DNA of 53,380 nt from a virus (taxonomy: Duplodnaviria; Caudoviricetes), in the IMG/VR virus record IMGVR_UViG_3300022074_000059, positions 1-53,380 of that record; one strand, given 5' to 3'. This document shows positions 20,550-29,405 of the stretch, piece after piece. The notes beneath the pieces were generated by a model, which did not search any database, was not told the DNA's origin, and saw nothing but the letters and a program-made list of their open reading frames with translations. The first letter of the stretch is position 1; every line of letters begins with the position of its first letter. A program made the position numbers and the translations under genes.

Positions 20550-21517
20550 AAGTAGACCTTTATTATTTAAGCCCTAATCCCTATGGGGGATGGGTTACTT
20601 ATACAAATCATTTAATGATAGCATTGAGGGCTTCTGGTATTGATTGTGAGTTATTTAAAATCCGACCTAAAAGTGAACGTAAAACACGGGATTTTGGTTA
20701 TGGAAAAAGATACCGTAATATTTCTATGCAAGAAGCCTTGAGTAGAAAAAACACAATTAAACTGATAGTAGCTGGAGCTAAACAATTTAAAGATGAAACA
20801 GAAACACTTTATCAGGCGGGTGCTTGTTTAATAATACATGATCCGACAGAGTTAAAAAACTTACCTGAAAATTTAGATTTCACTCGTTGTGTGAGTATAC
20901 GTCAGATAGGTGCTAGAACATTACAAGGCACAGAATTTATTCGTCACCCTTATAAATGTTTTTCTGGGCATGCGATTACCCCTCGCAAAAAAGCAATCAG
21001 CACTTCTAGGATTGATTTCGACAAGCACACTTCTATCTTGTTAGATGCTAACCGCCTTTTGAAAGATGAAGATAAAATTGATATCCGTGGGTTTGAAAAC
21101 AGGATTTTCACACGGTTCAAAATTGTACCTAAGTACCCTGAGTGGGTTCAATCTGTTGCACAGTACCCAAGGGAAGAATCTTACGCTTTTGAAATGATGA
21201 CTAACTACACCTATAATGTAGATATGACACAAATTAAAGGTGATGGCGGGGGTACTCAGTATACTTGGCTAGAAGCGTGGAATGCTGGTTGTATACCGAT
21301 CATCCATGAAAACTGGTTGTTAGATCAACCAGATGATATGATTCCAGATAAAAACTGTATTGTGGTTAGTGGTGCAGAAGAGCTAGCAAAAGTTTTAACC
21401 GAAGAAGAAAACCACACTGCTTTAGCAAACATGAGAAAGCATTGCTTTGAAGCATTAGAAAAGCATGCCCCTGAACTAATAGGGCAAAAATACAAAGCCT
21501 TTTTAGAACGCCTTTAA
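20546..21517 (+). CDS. GT-B fold glycosyltransferase, putative DNA-modifying
   Basis: N-terminal YGGW loop; SRIDFDKH; GGGTQYTWLEAWNAGCIPII resembles the GT4 nucleotide-binding motif; coupled to the aGPT-Pplase1 gene. Confidence 0.65.
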   Translation: MKVDLYYLSPNPYGGWVTYTNHLMIALRASGIDCELFKIRPKSERKTRDFGYGKRYRNISMQEALSRKNTIKLIVAGAKQFKDETETLYQAGACLIIHDPTELKNLPENLDFTRCVSIRQIGARTLQGTEFIRHPYKCFSGHAITPRKKAISTSRIDFDKHTSILLDANRLLKDEDKIDIRGFENRIFTRFKIVPKYPEWVQSVAQYPREESYAFEMMTNYTYNVDMTQIKGDGGGTQYTWLEAWNAGCIPIIHENWLLDQPDDMIPDKNCIVVSGAEELAKVLTEEENHTALANMRKHCFEALEKHAPELIGQKYKAFLERL

Positions 21518-21596
21518 CAGGCCGCTCGAGCGGTCTAACTATGGTGGGGGTGTAAACCCCTACCACCAACTACTAAACACGTCTAGGAGGCGTTAT

Positions 21597-22574
21597 ATGC
21601 AATCTATTTATGCTCGCGGGGTAAGTGAAGCCCTGTTTCTAGGCAGACAAGCACTGCTTTCATCTGGTGTGGCAGTTGAAACACGCAATGGTTCAGCACT
21701 TGAGTTTCCCACTCCTGTTATTACTACCTATACACATAGCCGTGAAAGAGTTTTGTTTTATCCAGAACGCGACGCTAATCCTTATTTTCATTTAATGGAA
21801 AGCCTTTGGATGTTAGCAGGACGTAATGATGTCCCTTGGATTCAAGGCTTTAATGGTAAGATGGATACATACAGTGATGATGGTAAAACTTTCCATGGTG
21901 CGTATGGATACAGGTGGCGAAACTGGTTTGGTAAGGATCAGCTACAAGAAGTAATGTTTCGGCTTGGTACTTACCATAATGACCGCAGGGCTGTACTTGG
22001 TATCTGGGATCCCCACCAAGATTTAGTGCAAACTAATGATGGCAAAGATTACCCCTGTAATACCCAGATATATTTTTGGGAACGTAATGAAGATCTAAAC
22101 ATGACTGTGACTAACCGCAGTAATGATATGATTTGGGGAGCATACGGCGCGAATGCTGTACATATGTCCGTTCTGCTAGAGTATATGGCAGGAATGTTAG
22201 GCTACGGTGTAGGGACATACTATCAATTCAGCAATAACCTCCATGCTTACACCAGTGTTTTAGATAAGCTGGAAGGTATGCAAGCTGATTATGAACCATA
22301 CCTTACAATAGCTGATAATGGATTAAGCTATACTCCCCCTGCACTTATAGATGATTCAGATACTTTTGATGAAGAGTTGTTAAAATGGTTTGAAGATGAA
22401 GATCGTACAGAATATAATAATTCTTATCTTTCTACTACTTGTGGCGAAATGAGAAAATCATGGCGTTATTGGAAAGCAAAGAATTTTCCTAGCGCATACC
22501 ATCATGCCAATAAAATAGAAGACCGTGCTTGGCGCAAGGCTTGTATAGAATGGCTGGACAGAAGGGTAAAATAA
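21597..22574 (+). CDS. Thymidylate synthase homolog, likely dUMP hydroxymethylase
   Basis: GAYGYRWR, DRRAV, catalytic PCN, RSND..WGAYGAN with Asn at the dUMP-specificity position, NLHAY. Confidence 0.8.
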   Translation: MQSIYARGVSEALFLGRQALLSSGVAVETRNGSALEFPTPVITTYTHSRERVLFYPERDANPYFHLMESLWMLAGRNDVPWIQGFNGKMDTYSDDGKTFHGAYGYRWRNWFGKDQLQEVMFRLGTYHNDRRAVLGIWDPHQDLVQTNDGKDYPCNTQIYFWERNEDLNMTVTNRSNDMIWGAYGANAVHMSVLLEYMAGMLGYGVGTYYQFSNNLHAYTSVLDKLEGMQADYEPYLTIADNGLSYTPPALIDDSDTFDEELLKWFEDEDRTEYNNSYLSTTCGEMRKSWRYWKAKNFPSAYHHANKIEDRAWRKACIEWLDRRVK

Positions 22575-22939
22575 TGGAAGGGCATGAAGAGTATATGAAA
22601 CGCATGGCTAAAGAAGTAGATCAAACCAATAGTGCTATCATTCAAAAAGTTGATGTGTTGGCTAGTTTAGATACACTAAAACTAAATGAGGCAGAGCAAT
22701 CATATGGCGATAGTTGGAAACAACGCGGCGGGGTGGGTGCTTTTATGATGTTAGCTCGCAAATGGGATAGGCTTGAAAAGCAAGTAACAGAACATAATTA
22801 CGATGTTTTCCACGCTATTGAACAGGATGCGCGGGAAGAAGGTATTATTGATGATATCCGTGATTTGCGTAGGTATCTTTTTCTTGTTGAAGCTGAGATA
22901 GCATTAAGGAAAACAGATGGATCAGGAAAGCCCAAGTAA
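22574..22939 (+). CDS. Nmad1/DUF1599-like (MazG-like helical) nucleotide-modification-associated protein
   Basis: YGDSW...G.....RK.DRL and D...DL..Y pattern; TAATG coupling to the TS homolog. Confidence 0.6.
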   Translation: MEGHEEYMKRMAKEVDQTNSAIIQKVDVLASLDTLKLNEAEQSYGDSWKQRGGVGAFMMLARKWDRLEKQVTEHNYDVFHAIEQDAREEGIIDDIRDLRRYLFLVEAEIALRKTDGSGKPK

Positions 22940-23096
22940 CCTTGACAAAAAGGTTCAGGCTGAATGTGAGTGTGGTAGGGAAAAACGAATCGTCACTTTT
23001 CGTAACCTTAAAAACAGATGGCCTATTTGTAATAAATGTAAGCAACCGATGAAGGTAAAAGGTAATGCAATACCCCCTATTTCAACCACCGACTGA
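22917..23096 (+). CDS. Small Zn-ribbon protein (59 aa, not in ORF track)
   Basis: MDQESPSNLDKKVQAECECGREKRIVTFRNLKNRWPICNKCKQPMKV...; AAGGA RBS; fills the gap before polA. Confidence 0.55.
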   Translation: MDQESPSNLDKKVQAECECGREKRIVTFRNLKNRWPICNKCKQPMKVKGNAIPPISTTD

Positions 23097-24996
23097 GTGG
23101 GTTATGCCTGATGGCTATCCTGACCTTACTGGTTATAAAGAGGTTGCTATTGACCTTGAAACACGCGACCCTAATTTGACTACGATGGGTAGTGGCTGGG
23201 CTAGAAAAGATGGTCACATAATTGGTGTGGCTGTAGCTGTGGAAGGAGACCAATGGTACTTTCCCATCAGACACGAGATTGGTCCTAACTTTGATGCAAA
23301 ACGAACATTAGGGTGGTTACAAGATGTATGCAAAATTGATAGGGATTATGTTTTCCATAATGCTCCTTACGATGTTGGCTGGATGCTCGCAGAGGGTGTG
23401 CGGGTTTACGGCAGAATCGTTGACACAATGGTCGTGGCACCTCTGCTCGATGAAAACAGATTTAGTTACGCATTAAATGCTATTGGTAGGGATTACTTAC
23501 AAGAGCGTAAAAGCGAAGTTGAGCTAAGAGAAGCGGCGGCGGCTTTTGGGATTAATGCTAAGAGTGAAATGTATAAACTCCCTGCACATCATGTAGGTAA
23601 GTATGCTGAACAAGATGCCGCGCTTACCTTAAGATTATGGAATCATTTTAAAAGTTTAATTATTAAAGAAGATATTGAAGATGTGTTTGAGTTAGAACTT
23701 AATGTTCTTAAAACAATTATCCCTATGAGGGAACGTGGTGTTTGTGTAGATGTAACTCGGTGTGAAACTATAAAGAAAGATCTGCTCTTACGCGAAAAAC
23801 GGTTATTGGATAATATAAAAAGGCAGACAGGCGTTGAAGTAGAAATATGGGCGGCTGAAAGCGTTGCTAAAGCCTTTGATGCTTTAGACTTGCCTTATAA
23901 TAAAACTGAAAAAACAGGTGCGCCGAGTTTTACAAAAGGGTTTCTAACTCACCACCCACATGAAGTAGCACAAATGATAGTGCAAGCTAGAGAATACCAA
24001 AAGGCGCGGTCTACTTTTGTGGATACAATATTAAAGCATCAGGTAAATGGGCGTATCCATGCCGAGCTACACCCGCTAAGAAGTGATGATGGTGGGACAG
24101 TAACAGGCAGATTTAGTTATAGTAACCCTAACCTCCAGCAAATCCCTGCACGGCATGGCGAAATAGGTCCAATGATCCGTAGCTTGTTTATACCAGAACA
24201 AGACTGCTTATGGGGCGCGTTCGACTACTCTAGCCAAGAACCGCGCATTGTTGTGCATTATGCTAAACTCATGGGCTTCAGAGGGGCTTCAGACTTTGCT
24301 GAACAATACAACGCAGACCCCCGCACTGATTTCCACCAAATGGCGGCTGATATTGTGGGTGTGCCACGCAAACAGGCTAAAGATATCAACCTTGGTTTGT
24401 TTTATGGGATGGGAAGTAAAAAGTTAGCGGCGAGCCTTGGCCTTGAATTTGAAGATGCACAAGATTTATTTGCTACTTACCACGATAAAGTGCCTTTTGT
24501 CCGCGAATTAAGTGAATACAGCACGAACAGAGCGAGTAATCGTGGGGTTATCCGCACATTGCTGGGGCGTAGGTGTAGATTCGATAAATGGGAGCCAAAT
24601 AAGTATGGTAGTTGGAAACCAATGACCTACCAAGAAGCCTACGCTGAGCATGGTCCTGGAATTAAACGAGCATTTACATACAAAGCTCTTAATAAACTCA
24701 TACAGGGTAGCGCGGCCGACCAAACTAAAGCCGCGATGGTTGCTCTAGCTGATGAAGGCATACTACCCATGATTCAAGTTCACGATGAGCTAGATATTTC
24801 TGTTGAAAGTGAAGCGCAGTCTAAACGTATAGCAGAAATCATGGAACATTGCGTGAACCTAGAAGTTCCTTCAATTGTAGATGCAGAGTTCGGTCCTAAT
24901 TGGGGCGAAGCAAAACAAACTTTCACAGAAAAGCCTTGGCTTAGAGGAGTAAAAGATGGCGGCACAGAAATGCGGCACAACACCAAACTTTCATGA
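23065..24996 (+). CDS. polA: Family A DNA polymerase with 3'-5' exonuclease
   Basis: Exo I DLET, Exo II HNAPYD, Exo III YAEQD; motif A DYSSQEPR, motif B RKQAKDINLGLFYG, motif C VHDE. Confidence 0.96.
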   Translation: MQYPLFQPPTEWVMPDGYPDLTGYKEVAIDLETRDPNLTTMGSGWARKDGHIIGVAVAVEGDQWYFPIRHEIGPNFDAKRTLGWLQDVCKIDRDYVFHNAPYDVGWMLAEGVRVYGRIVDTMVVAPLLDENRFSYALNAIGRDYLQERKSEVELREAAAAFGINAKSEMYKLPAHHVGKYAEQDAALTLRLWNHFKSLIIKEDIEDVFELELNVLKTIIPMRERGVCVDVTRCETIKKDLLLREKRLLDNIKRQTGVEVEIWAAESVAKAFDALDLPYNKTEKTGAPSFTKGFLTHHPHEVAQMIVQAREYQKARSTFVDTILKHQVNGRIHAELHPLRSDDGGTVTGRFSYSNPNLQQIPARHGEIGPMIRSLFIPEQDCLWGAFDYSSQEPRIVVHYAKLMGFRGASDFAEQYNADPRTDFHQMAADIVGVPRKQAKDINLGLFYGMGSKKLAASLGLEFEDAQDLFATYHDKVPFVRELSEYSTNRASNRGVIRTLLGRRCRFDKWEPNKYGSWKPMTYQEAYAEHGPGIKRAFTYKALNKLIQGSAADQTKAAMVALADEGILPMIQVHDELDISVESEAQSKRIAEIMEHCVNLEVPSIVDAEFGPNWGEAKQTFTEKPWLRGVKDGGTEMRHNTKLS

Positions 24997-25780
24997 TATA
25001 GGGATTATATCAGGAGGTTTTGACCCCCTGCACTCAGGGCATTTGGATTATATTTTATCTGCGGCAAAACAATGTCATAGACTTTACATAGGTGTGAATA
25101 GTGATGAGTGGCTCATAAAGAAAAAAGGTAAGGCTTTTATGCCCTTAGAAGAAAGAATAAACCTTTTAGAACACTTACACTTACCTTGCGAGTTTTTTGT
25201 TGTCCCTTTTGACGATAAAGACGATACCGCGAAGAGCTTAATAAAAGATGTACTAGCTTGTAATCCTAAAGATTTCATTTGTTTTATGAATGGTGGTGAT
25301 AGAGATAAACAAAACACCCCTGAGCATGAACTTCTCACAGAAATGTCTGATTCATACACACAATATCTAACATTCAACAACGACGTAGGTGGTTCTAATA
25401 AGAAAAACTCTTCCAGTGATTTATTAGATAATTGGTCAAAGGCCAAAACAACTCGTCAATGGGGGTATTACAAAGTTTTAGAACAAAAACCTACTCAAAA
25501 AGTTAAGGAGTTAGTGGTTTTTCCAGGAAAATCTTTATCTGATCAAAAACATTTTTCTAGAAGTGAACATTGGTACATACTGTCTGGTGAGTTAATTATG
25601 CACATGGAAACAGATAAAGCTAAAACTAAACAAGTATTATACCCACATCAAACAATAGTCATTCCTCGACAAACATGGCATCGCGCTGAAAACATTAATG
25701 CAGAGCCTTGCCATGTGATAGAAATACAATATGGAGATGTATGCGAAGAAGAAGATATAGAAAGAAGAAACCATGAGTAA
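24956..25780 (+). CDS. HxGH cytidylyl/adenylyltransferase fused to a mannose-6-P isomerase (type II)-like cupin
   Basis: SGGFDPLHSGH, GVNSD, NGGDR, SSS; cupin R.WG.Y..L, LS.Q.H..RSEHW, IEIQYG..EEDIER. Confidence 0.85.
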   Translation: MAAQKCGTTPNFHDIGIISGGFDPLHSGHLDYILSAAKQCHRLYIGVNSDEWLIKKKGKAFMPLEERINLLEHLHLPCEFFVVPFDDKDDTAKSLIKDVLACNPKDFICFMNGGDRDKQNTPEHELLTEMSDSYTQYLTFNNDVGGSNKKNSSSDLLDNWSKAKTTRQWGYYKVLEQKPTQKVKELVVFPGKSLSDQKHFSRSEHWYILSGELIMHMETDKAKTKQVLYPHQTIVIPRQTWHRAENINAEPCHVIEIQYGDVCEEEDIERRNHE

Positions 25781-26288
25781 TTCGTTAAATATAAAAACCC
25801 TGACAACAGCTTGGGATGCACAATTTTTATTAAGATATCATACGGTTGCAATGCAATCGGAAAGGCAAACCGTGGGAGCGCATTCATACGCAGTAAGTGT
25901 TTTAATAGACCAATTATGGCCTGACAGCACTAAACAATTAATTATGGCGGCACTGTATCATGATGTGCCAGAAATAATTTTAGGTGATATTCCTGCTACG
26001 GCTAAGTGGAATTATCCTGAAGTACAACAAGCCTTTGAAAAAGCTGAGAAAAAAGTGTTTGATGACCTTGGGTTAATATTTGTACTCAGCCCAGAAGAAA
26101 AAATACGATTGAAAATGGCTGATATGTTAGAGCTCGTTTTATACACACACCGTCATTCTCAAGGTAGCGACCAAATGAAATTGATTATGCACTCTGGTAT
26201 AAGTTACCTACATCAAAAATTCTCTTCTGAGCCAGATTTTGAGCCAGTAAAGGCAGTGTTAGCTCATTACAATTTAGGGGTAAGTTGA
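25773..26288 (+). CDS. HD-domain phosphohydrolase (YfbR-like 5'-deoxynucleotidase)
   Basis: RYH...QTVGAHSY, ALYHDVPEIILGDIP, LKMADMLE. Confidence 0.85.
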   Translation: MSNSLNIKTLTTAWDAQFLLRYHTVAMQSERQTVGAHSYAVSVLIDQLWPDSTKQLIMAALYHDVPEIILGDIPATAKWNYPEVQQAFEKAEKKVFDDLGLIFVLSPEEKIRLKMADMLELVLYTHRHSQGSDQMKLIMHSGISYLHQKFSSEPDFEPVKAVLAHYNLGVS

Positions 26289-26593
26289 TGAATTGTATTA
26301 AATGTGGTGCAAAAAGCAAAGTTTATGAAAGCAGAACTCATCCTTCGGCATTTGGAGAAACTATGATGCGTAGAAGGGAATGCACTAAATGCAAAACCCG
26401 ATACAAAACAATAGAAATCATTATGCCTGAACAATCAAAACCAGTAGCCGTGCCTAAACCTGAAAAGAAACGCAGAAAAAAGGTAAGGAAACGTAAACCG
26501 ATGCCTCTTCATCAAATTGAACCAGATTTTGATAATATGACAGATGAAGAAATCGAAGCATGGATTACTAGAGGAAAAAACTATTATGTCTAA
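26285..26593 (+). CDS. NrdR N-terminal-like Zn-ribbon protein (no ATP cone)
   Basis: C..CG..SKVYESR...RRRECTKCKTRYKTIE. Confidence 0.7.
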   Translation: MMNCIKCGAKSKVYESRTHPSAFGETMMRRRECTKCKTRYKTIEIIMPEQSKPVAVPKPEKKRRKKVRKRKPMPLHQIEPDFDNMTDEEIEAWITRGKNYYV

Positions 26594-26678
26594 TTTGCTC
26601 TTAGTTTGTACCTATTTTATCTTAGGGCATAAGTTTTGCAGTGTTTAAGGCGTTATATGTATGTAACACCTTAACCTA

Positions 26679-26870
26679 ATGGAGTGTATGATGGAAGAAG
26701 CAGTATGTTGTGAAGTAAGTGTATCTTTATTTAACCCAGTAGAGTTTAAAGATACTTTTATTGTAGAAACTTCAGATAGATATGAAGCTATGAAGTATGT
26801 TTTAGGGAGTTATTCTCAAGAAACACTTTCTTATTTAACTGATGTAAAAACCAAACTTATCATTGAGTAA
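26679..26870 (+). CDS. Hypothetical protein
   Basis: Short ORF; GGAG suggests a start at a downstream ATG. Confidence 0.4.
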   Translation: MECMMEEAVCCEVSVSLFNPVEFKDTFIVETSDRYEAMKYVLGSYSQETLSYLTDVKTKLIIE

Positions 26871-26933
26871 GTAAGAACAGTCTTCTACAATTAGCTATTG
26901 TATATTAGGGTATTCTGCAGAAAGGGAGTGCTT

Positions 26934-27446
26934 ATGAATATCTTTATAGTTAATTGGGATCACACTATTTGTGCTCAATGGCATTGCAACAAACACGTTG
27001 TTAAGATGCCACTTGAGACTACCCAAATGCTCAGCACTGTCCACCACAGGTACAGTAATGATGGACCATTTTTACCTGTTCATCAAAAACACCCCTGTAC
27101 TTTGTGGGCAGGGCAAACGATTGAGAATTACCGTTGGCTTTGGCGGTTAGGTATCGCATTATGTAAAGAGTATACTTATCGCTATGAAAAAACCCATGCT
27201 TGTGAAAGAATTCTTGCAATGCTTCGTTGTCCTCCTGTAGAATTACAAGCGAGGGGGTTTACAAAACCCGCTCAAGCAATGCCCGATGAATATAAACATT
27301 CTGATACCCTCATGGCATACCAGAATTATTACATAGGAGAGAAAGCGAGGTTAGGTGTATGGCACAAAAGGCCAGTTCCCCCCTTCATGGAGGAGATAAT
27401 GTTATCCCGTTCATCCGACGAGAAAAACAATCAGACCCCATCATAG
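26934..27446 (+). CDS. Pyrimidine-dimer DNA glycosylase (DenV-like) family protein
   Basis: MNIF....C.KHVVKM.LE..QML, HPCT.W, NY.WL, EYT.RY, AQAMPDEYK, AY..YY. Confidence 0.75.
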   Translation: MNIFIVNWDHTICAQWHCNKHVVKMPLETTQMLSTVHHRYSNDGPFLPVHQKHPCTLWAGQTIENYRWLWRLGIALCKEYTYRYEKTHACERILAMLRCPPVELQARGFTKPAQAMPDEYKHSDTLMAYQNYYIGEKARLGVWHKRPVPPFMEEIMLSRSSDEKNNQTPS

Positions 27447-27610
27447 AGGAGAAAAATTTTATCGTGACAGAACATGAAGTAGAGATTTTGCTTTGCTCGC
27501 TCTGTGGATCGGGGTCATTTCATCTAATCTCAGGTATGGGAGGACAGATAGGATGCAAAGAGTGTGGATACCTCGTGGGAGCTAAATGGACTTCTAATAT
27601 GGAAGAATAA
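27359..27610 (+). CDS. Small Zn-finger protein
   Basis: DNVIPF motif; CSLCG...CKECG. Confidence 0.55.
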   Translation: MAQKASSPLHGGDNVIPFIRREKQSDPIIEEKNFIVTEHEVEILLCSLCGSGSFHLISGMGGQIGCKECGYLVGAKWTSNMEE

Positions 27611-27697
27611 ACAAGATATTATAGGTATGGTCTATCAATAAGTCCACACCTATATTAATAAATGTAGTTAAACAACGCTCGTAGAAAGGAGCATGAT

Positions 27698-28078
27698 ATG
27701 CAAACTATTGATTTATCTGGGTTTACTGGTACTACTGATAAGTATGTCCATAGCCTACCAATGACCCCCGACCTGTTACTTACGGAGGGAGTTAAATACT
27801 TTGCCGAAGAAGCTGGAGCCTACTGGTTTATGGATATTGTGGCTACTGAGTTTGTTCCTAAACTCAGTGACGAAGATTATATTATCTTTATCCAAGTAAC
27901 TGTTGATAGCGATAATGGTGCTGTTATTATAGGTAGCGATGGTGATAAGGGTGATGGTCCTGTAATACTGCATACTCGCACTATTGAGTATACTGACCTG
28001 CCCACTAACTCTACTTTCAATTTCATATTGACGGTAGATTACCAAGGTACTACGTTGCTATTACCGAGTGAGTACTAA
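27698..28078 (+). CDS. DUF6876-like protein
   Basis: FTGT, LTEGVKY.AE..GAYW..D, IEYTD.P, LLLPSEY C-terminus; AGAAAGGAG RBS. Confidence 0.7.
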   Translation: MQTIDLSGFTGTTDKYVHSLPMTPDLLLTEGVKYFAEEAGAYWFMDIVATEFVPKLSDEDYIIFIQVTVDSDNGAVIIGSDGDKGDGPVILHTRTIEYTDLPTNSTFNFILTVDYQGTTLLLPSEY

Positions 28079-28292
28079 AATGGTTATCGGTGGTTACTCC
28101 ATGGAAGATAAGCAGTTTAACGGTGAGCGTTGTATCACCGTTAAACAGCATGAGTCTGGGTGGTCTTTCTTTTTGCAAGGTGAGACCGCACAGGATTTTT
28201 GCCGTGAATGGGAAATCTTTAAGTTGACTACTTGTGGTCTTAGCTTTGAAGATTTCTTATACGAAAACGACTATAACCTTTGGCTCCAGTAG
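28068..28292 (+). CDS. Hypothetical protein
   Basis: Overlaps upstream stop within the operon. Confidence 0.5.
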   Translation: MSTKMVIGGYSMEDKQFNGERCITVKQHESGWSFFLQGETAQDFCREWEIFKLTTCGLSFEDFLYENDYNLWLQ

Positions 28293-28302
28293 GAGGTACG
28301 AT

Positions 28303-28569
28303 ATGTACTCAGCACAAGTTTATTATAACTCGCGTGAGGGGCATTCCCTCACACCTATGTATCCTAGAATAGGATTGTTAGAAACTTATCTACATTATAC
28401 TGGTTTAGTTGATAATGTTGATGATGTTAAAGAAATTGTAATCTTAAAAGGTGGGCGTCGCAAGATGCCCACTATCCACGGTTATTATGACTGGGTTAAA
28501 GGTAAACTCAAATTAGATAAGAGTAAGCCAGTTATGATCCACAATATTTTGTATGGACTAGGGGATTAA
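28303..28569 (+). CDS. Hypothetical protein
   Basis: AGGAGG RBS before ATG 28303. Confidence 0.6.
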   Translation: MYSAQVYYNSREGHSLTPMYPRIGLLETYLHYTGLVDNVDDVKEIVILKGGRRKMPTIHGYYDWVKGKLKLDKSKPVMIHNILYGLGD

Positions 28570-28572
28570 AAT

Positions 28573-28764
28573 ATGGTTGAGTGGGTAGATCCAAGATTGA
28601 ATCTTCAAACCGTTGTACCCTATAAGGTGCAAGAAGATGGTTTTATCTATGGTGAGTTTCATCGGTTAAAGTACGCAATCGTTTTTGCCAAAGCTCTGCA
28701 AAAAGAGTTAGGTACTGATGTGAGTATACATGGACCAAATGGATGGGAGGAGTACGATGGGTAA
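28573..28764 (+). CDS. Hypothetical protein
   Basis: GGGGA RBS, tight packing. Confidence 0.55.
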   Translation: MVEWVDPRLNLQTVVPYKVQEDGFIYGEFHRLKYAIVFAKALQKELGTDVSIHGPNGWEEYDG

Positions 28765-28978
28765 AGTAAAAGAGCTTTGGATGAACGAGCTTGAAAAGTT
28801 GCAAGATGATTACTGCGAGGCTAACATTACTGAAGAAAAGTTTAGACGCAGTATGGCTAGCCTTGGAGTAGATTGTATAGATATTGATTGCTATATAATT
28901 GAAGCGCAACCATTGAGGGCGGTTAATCAAGCATTTAAACCGTTTTTTGATATAAATGGCAAATCTAAAGTGCAATAA
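28757..28978 (+). CDS. Hypothetical protein
   Basis: GGAGGAG RBS before ATG 28757 (MGKVKELWM). Confidence 0.6.
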   Translation: MGKVKELWMNELEKLQDDYCEANITEEKFRRSMASLGVDCIDIDCYIIEAQPLRAVNQAFKPFFDINGKSKVQ

Positions 28979-29147
28979 ATGTGAGCGCAAAGCAGAGGTA
29001 GAAACAAAATCTTCTCTGCTTTGTACCTCTTGTTGGTATAAAGATTATGTAACGCTCTCTAGAAAGGAGACGCAGAATTATGGAATTAGACCTCTTAACC
29101 GTGATTATGACAGTAATCAGCGTTCTAGCTCTTTTGTGAGGAATTAA
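28956..29147 (+). CDS. Small Cys-rich protein
   Basis: CNKC...CTSC. Confidence 0.45.
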   Translation: MANLKCNKCERKAEVETKSSLLCTSCWYKDYVTLSRKETQNYGIRPLNRDYDSNQRSSSFVRN

Positions 29148-29401
29148 TGGCTATTGATTATACACAACTGTTTCCTGTTGGGGATGATGTAACTCACCGC
29201 CTTTGCCCTGAATGTGCGGGTGATGGTCGCGTTGAATATGAACGTGCTGTTATAGATTATCAAAACGGTGGTTATCTACAAGGGTATATGGATGATTGCG
29301 AAACTTGTGGGGGTTGTGGCGAAATAGAAATAGATTACGAAAAACATTGTATTGTAGATGAGATAGGTAATCTATATTGGAAGCCAGATGAAAAATTTTG
29401 A
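29147..29401 (+). CDS. DnaJ-type CxxCxGxG zinc-finger protein
   Basis: CPECAGDG and CETCGGCG. Confidence 0.7.
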   Translation: MAIDYTQLFPVGDDVTHRLCPECAGDGRVEYERAVIDYQNGGYLQGYMDDCETCGGCGEIEIDYEKHCIVDEIGNLYWKPDEKF

Positions 29402-29405
29402 TGAC

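Noticed and set aside
25773-26288. HD hydrolase as DatZ, implying a 2-aminoadenine (Z) genome
   Set aside because: No PurZ/adenylosuccinate-synthase homolog is visible, and neighbouring genes point to uracil/thymine chemistry
19653-26288. 7-deazaguanine modification as the cause of the GA/TC bias
   Set aside because: No DpdA/TGT, FolE, QueC, QueD or QueE motifs recognised in the window; it cannot be excluded for any missing part of the genome
26285-26593. Full NrdR repressor
   Set aside because: Only the Zn-ribbon matches; no ATP-cone domain, so no gene symbol assigned
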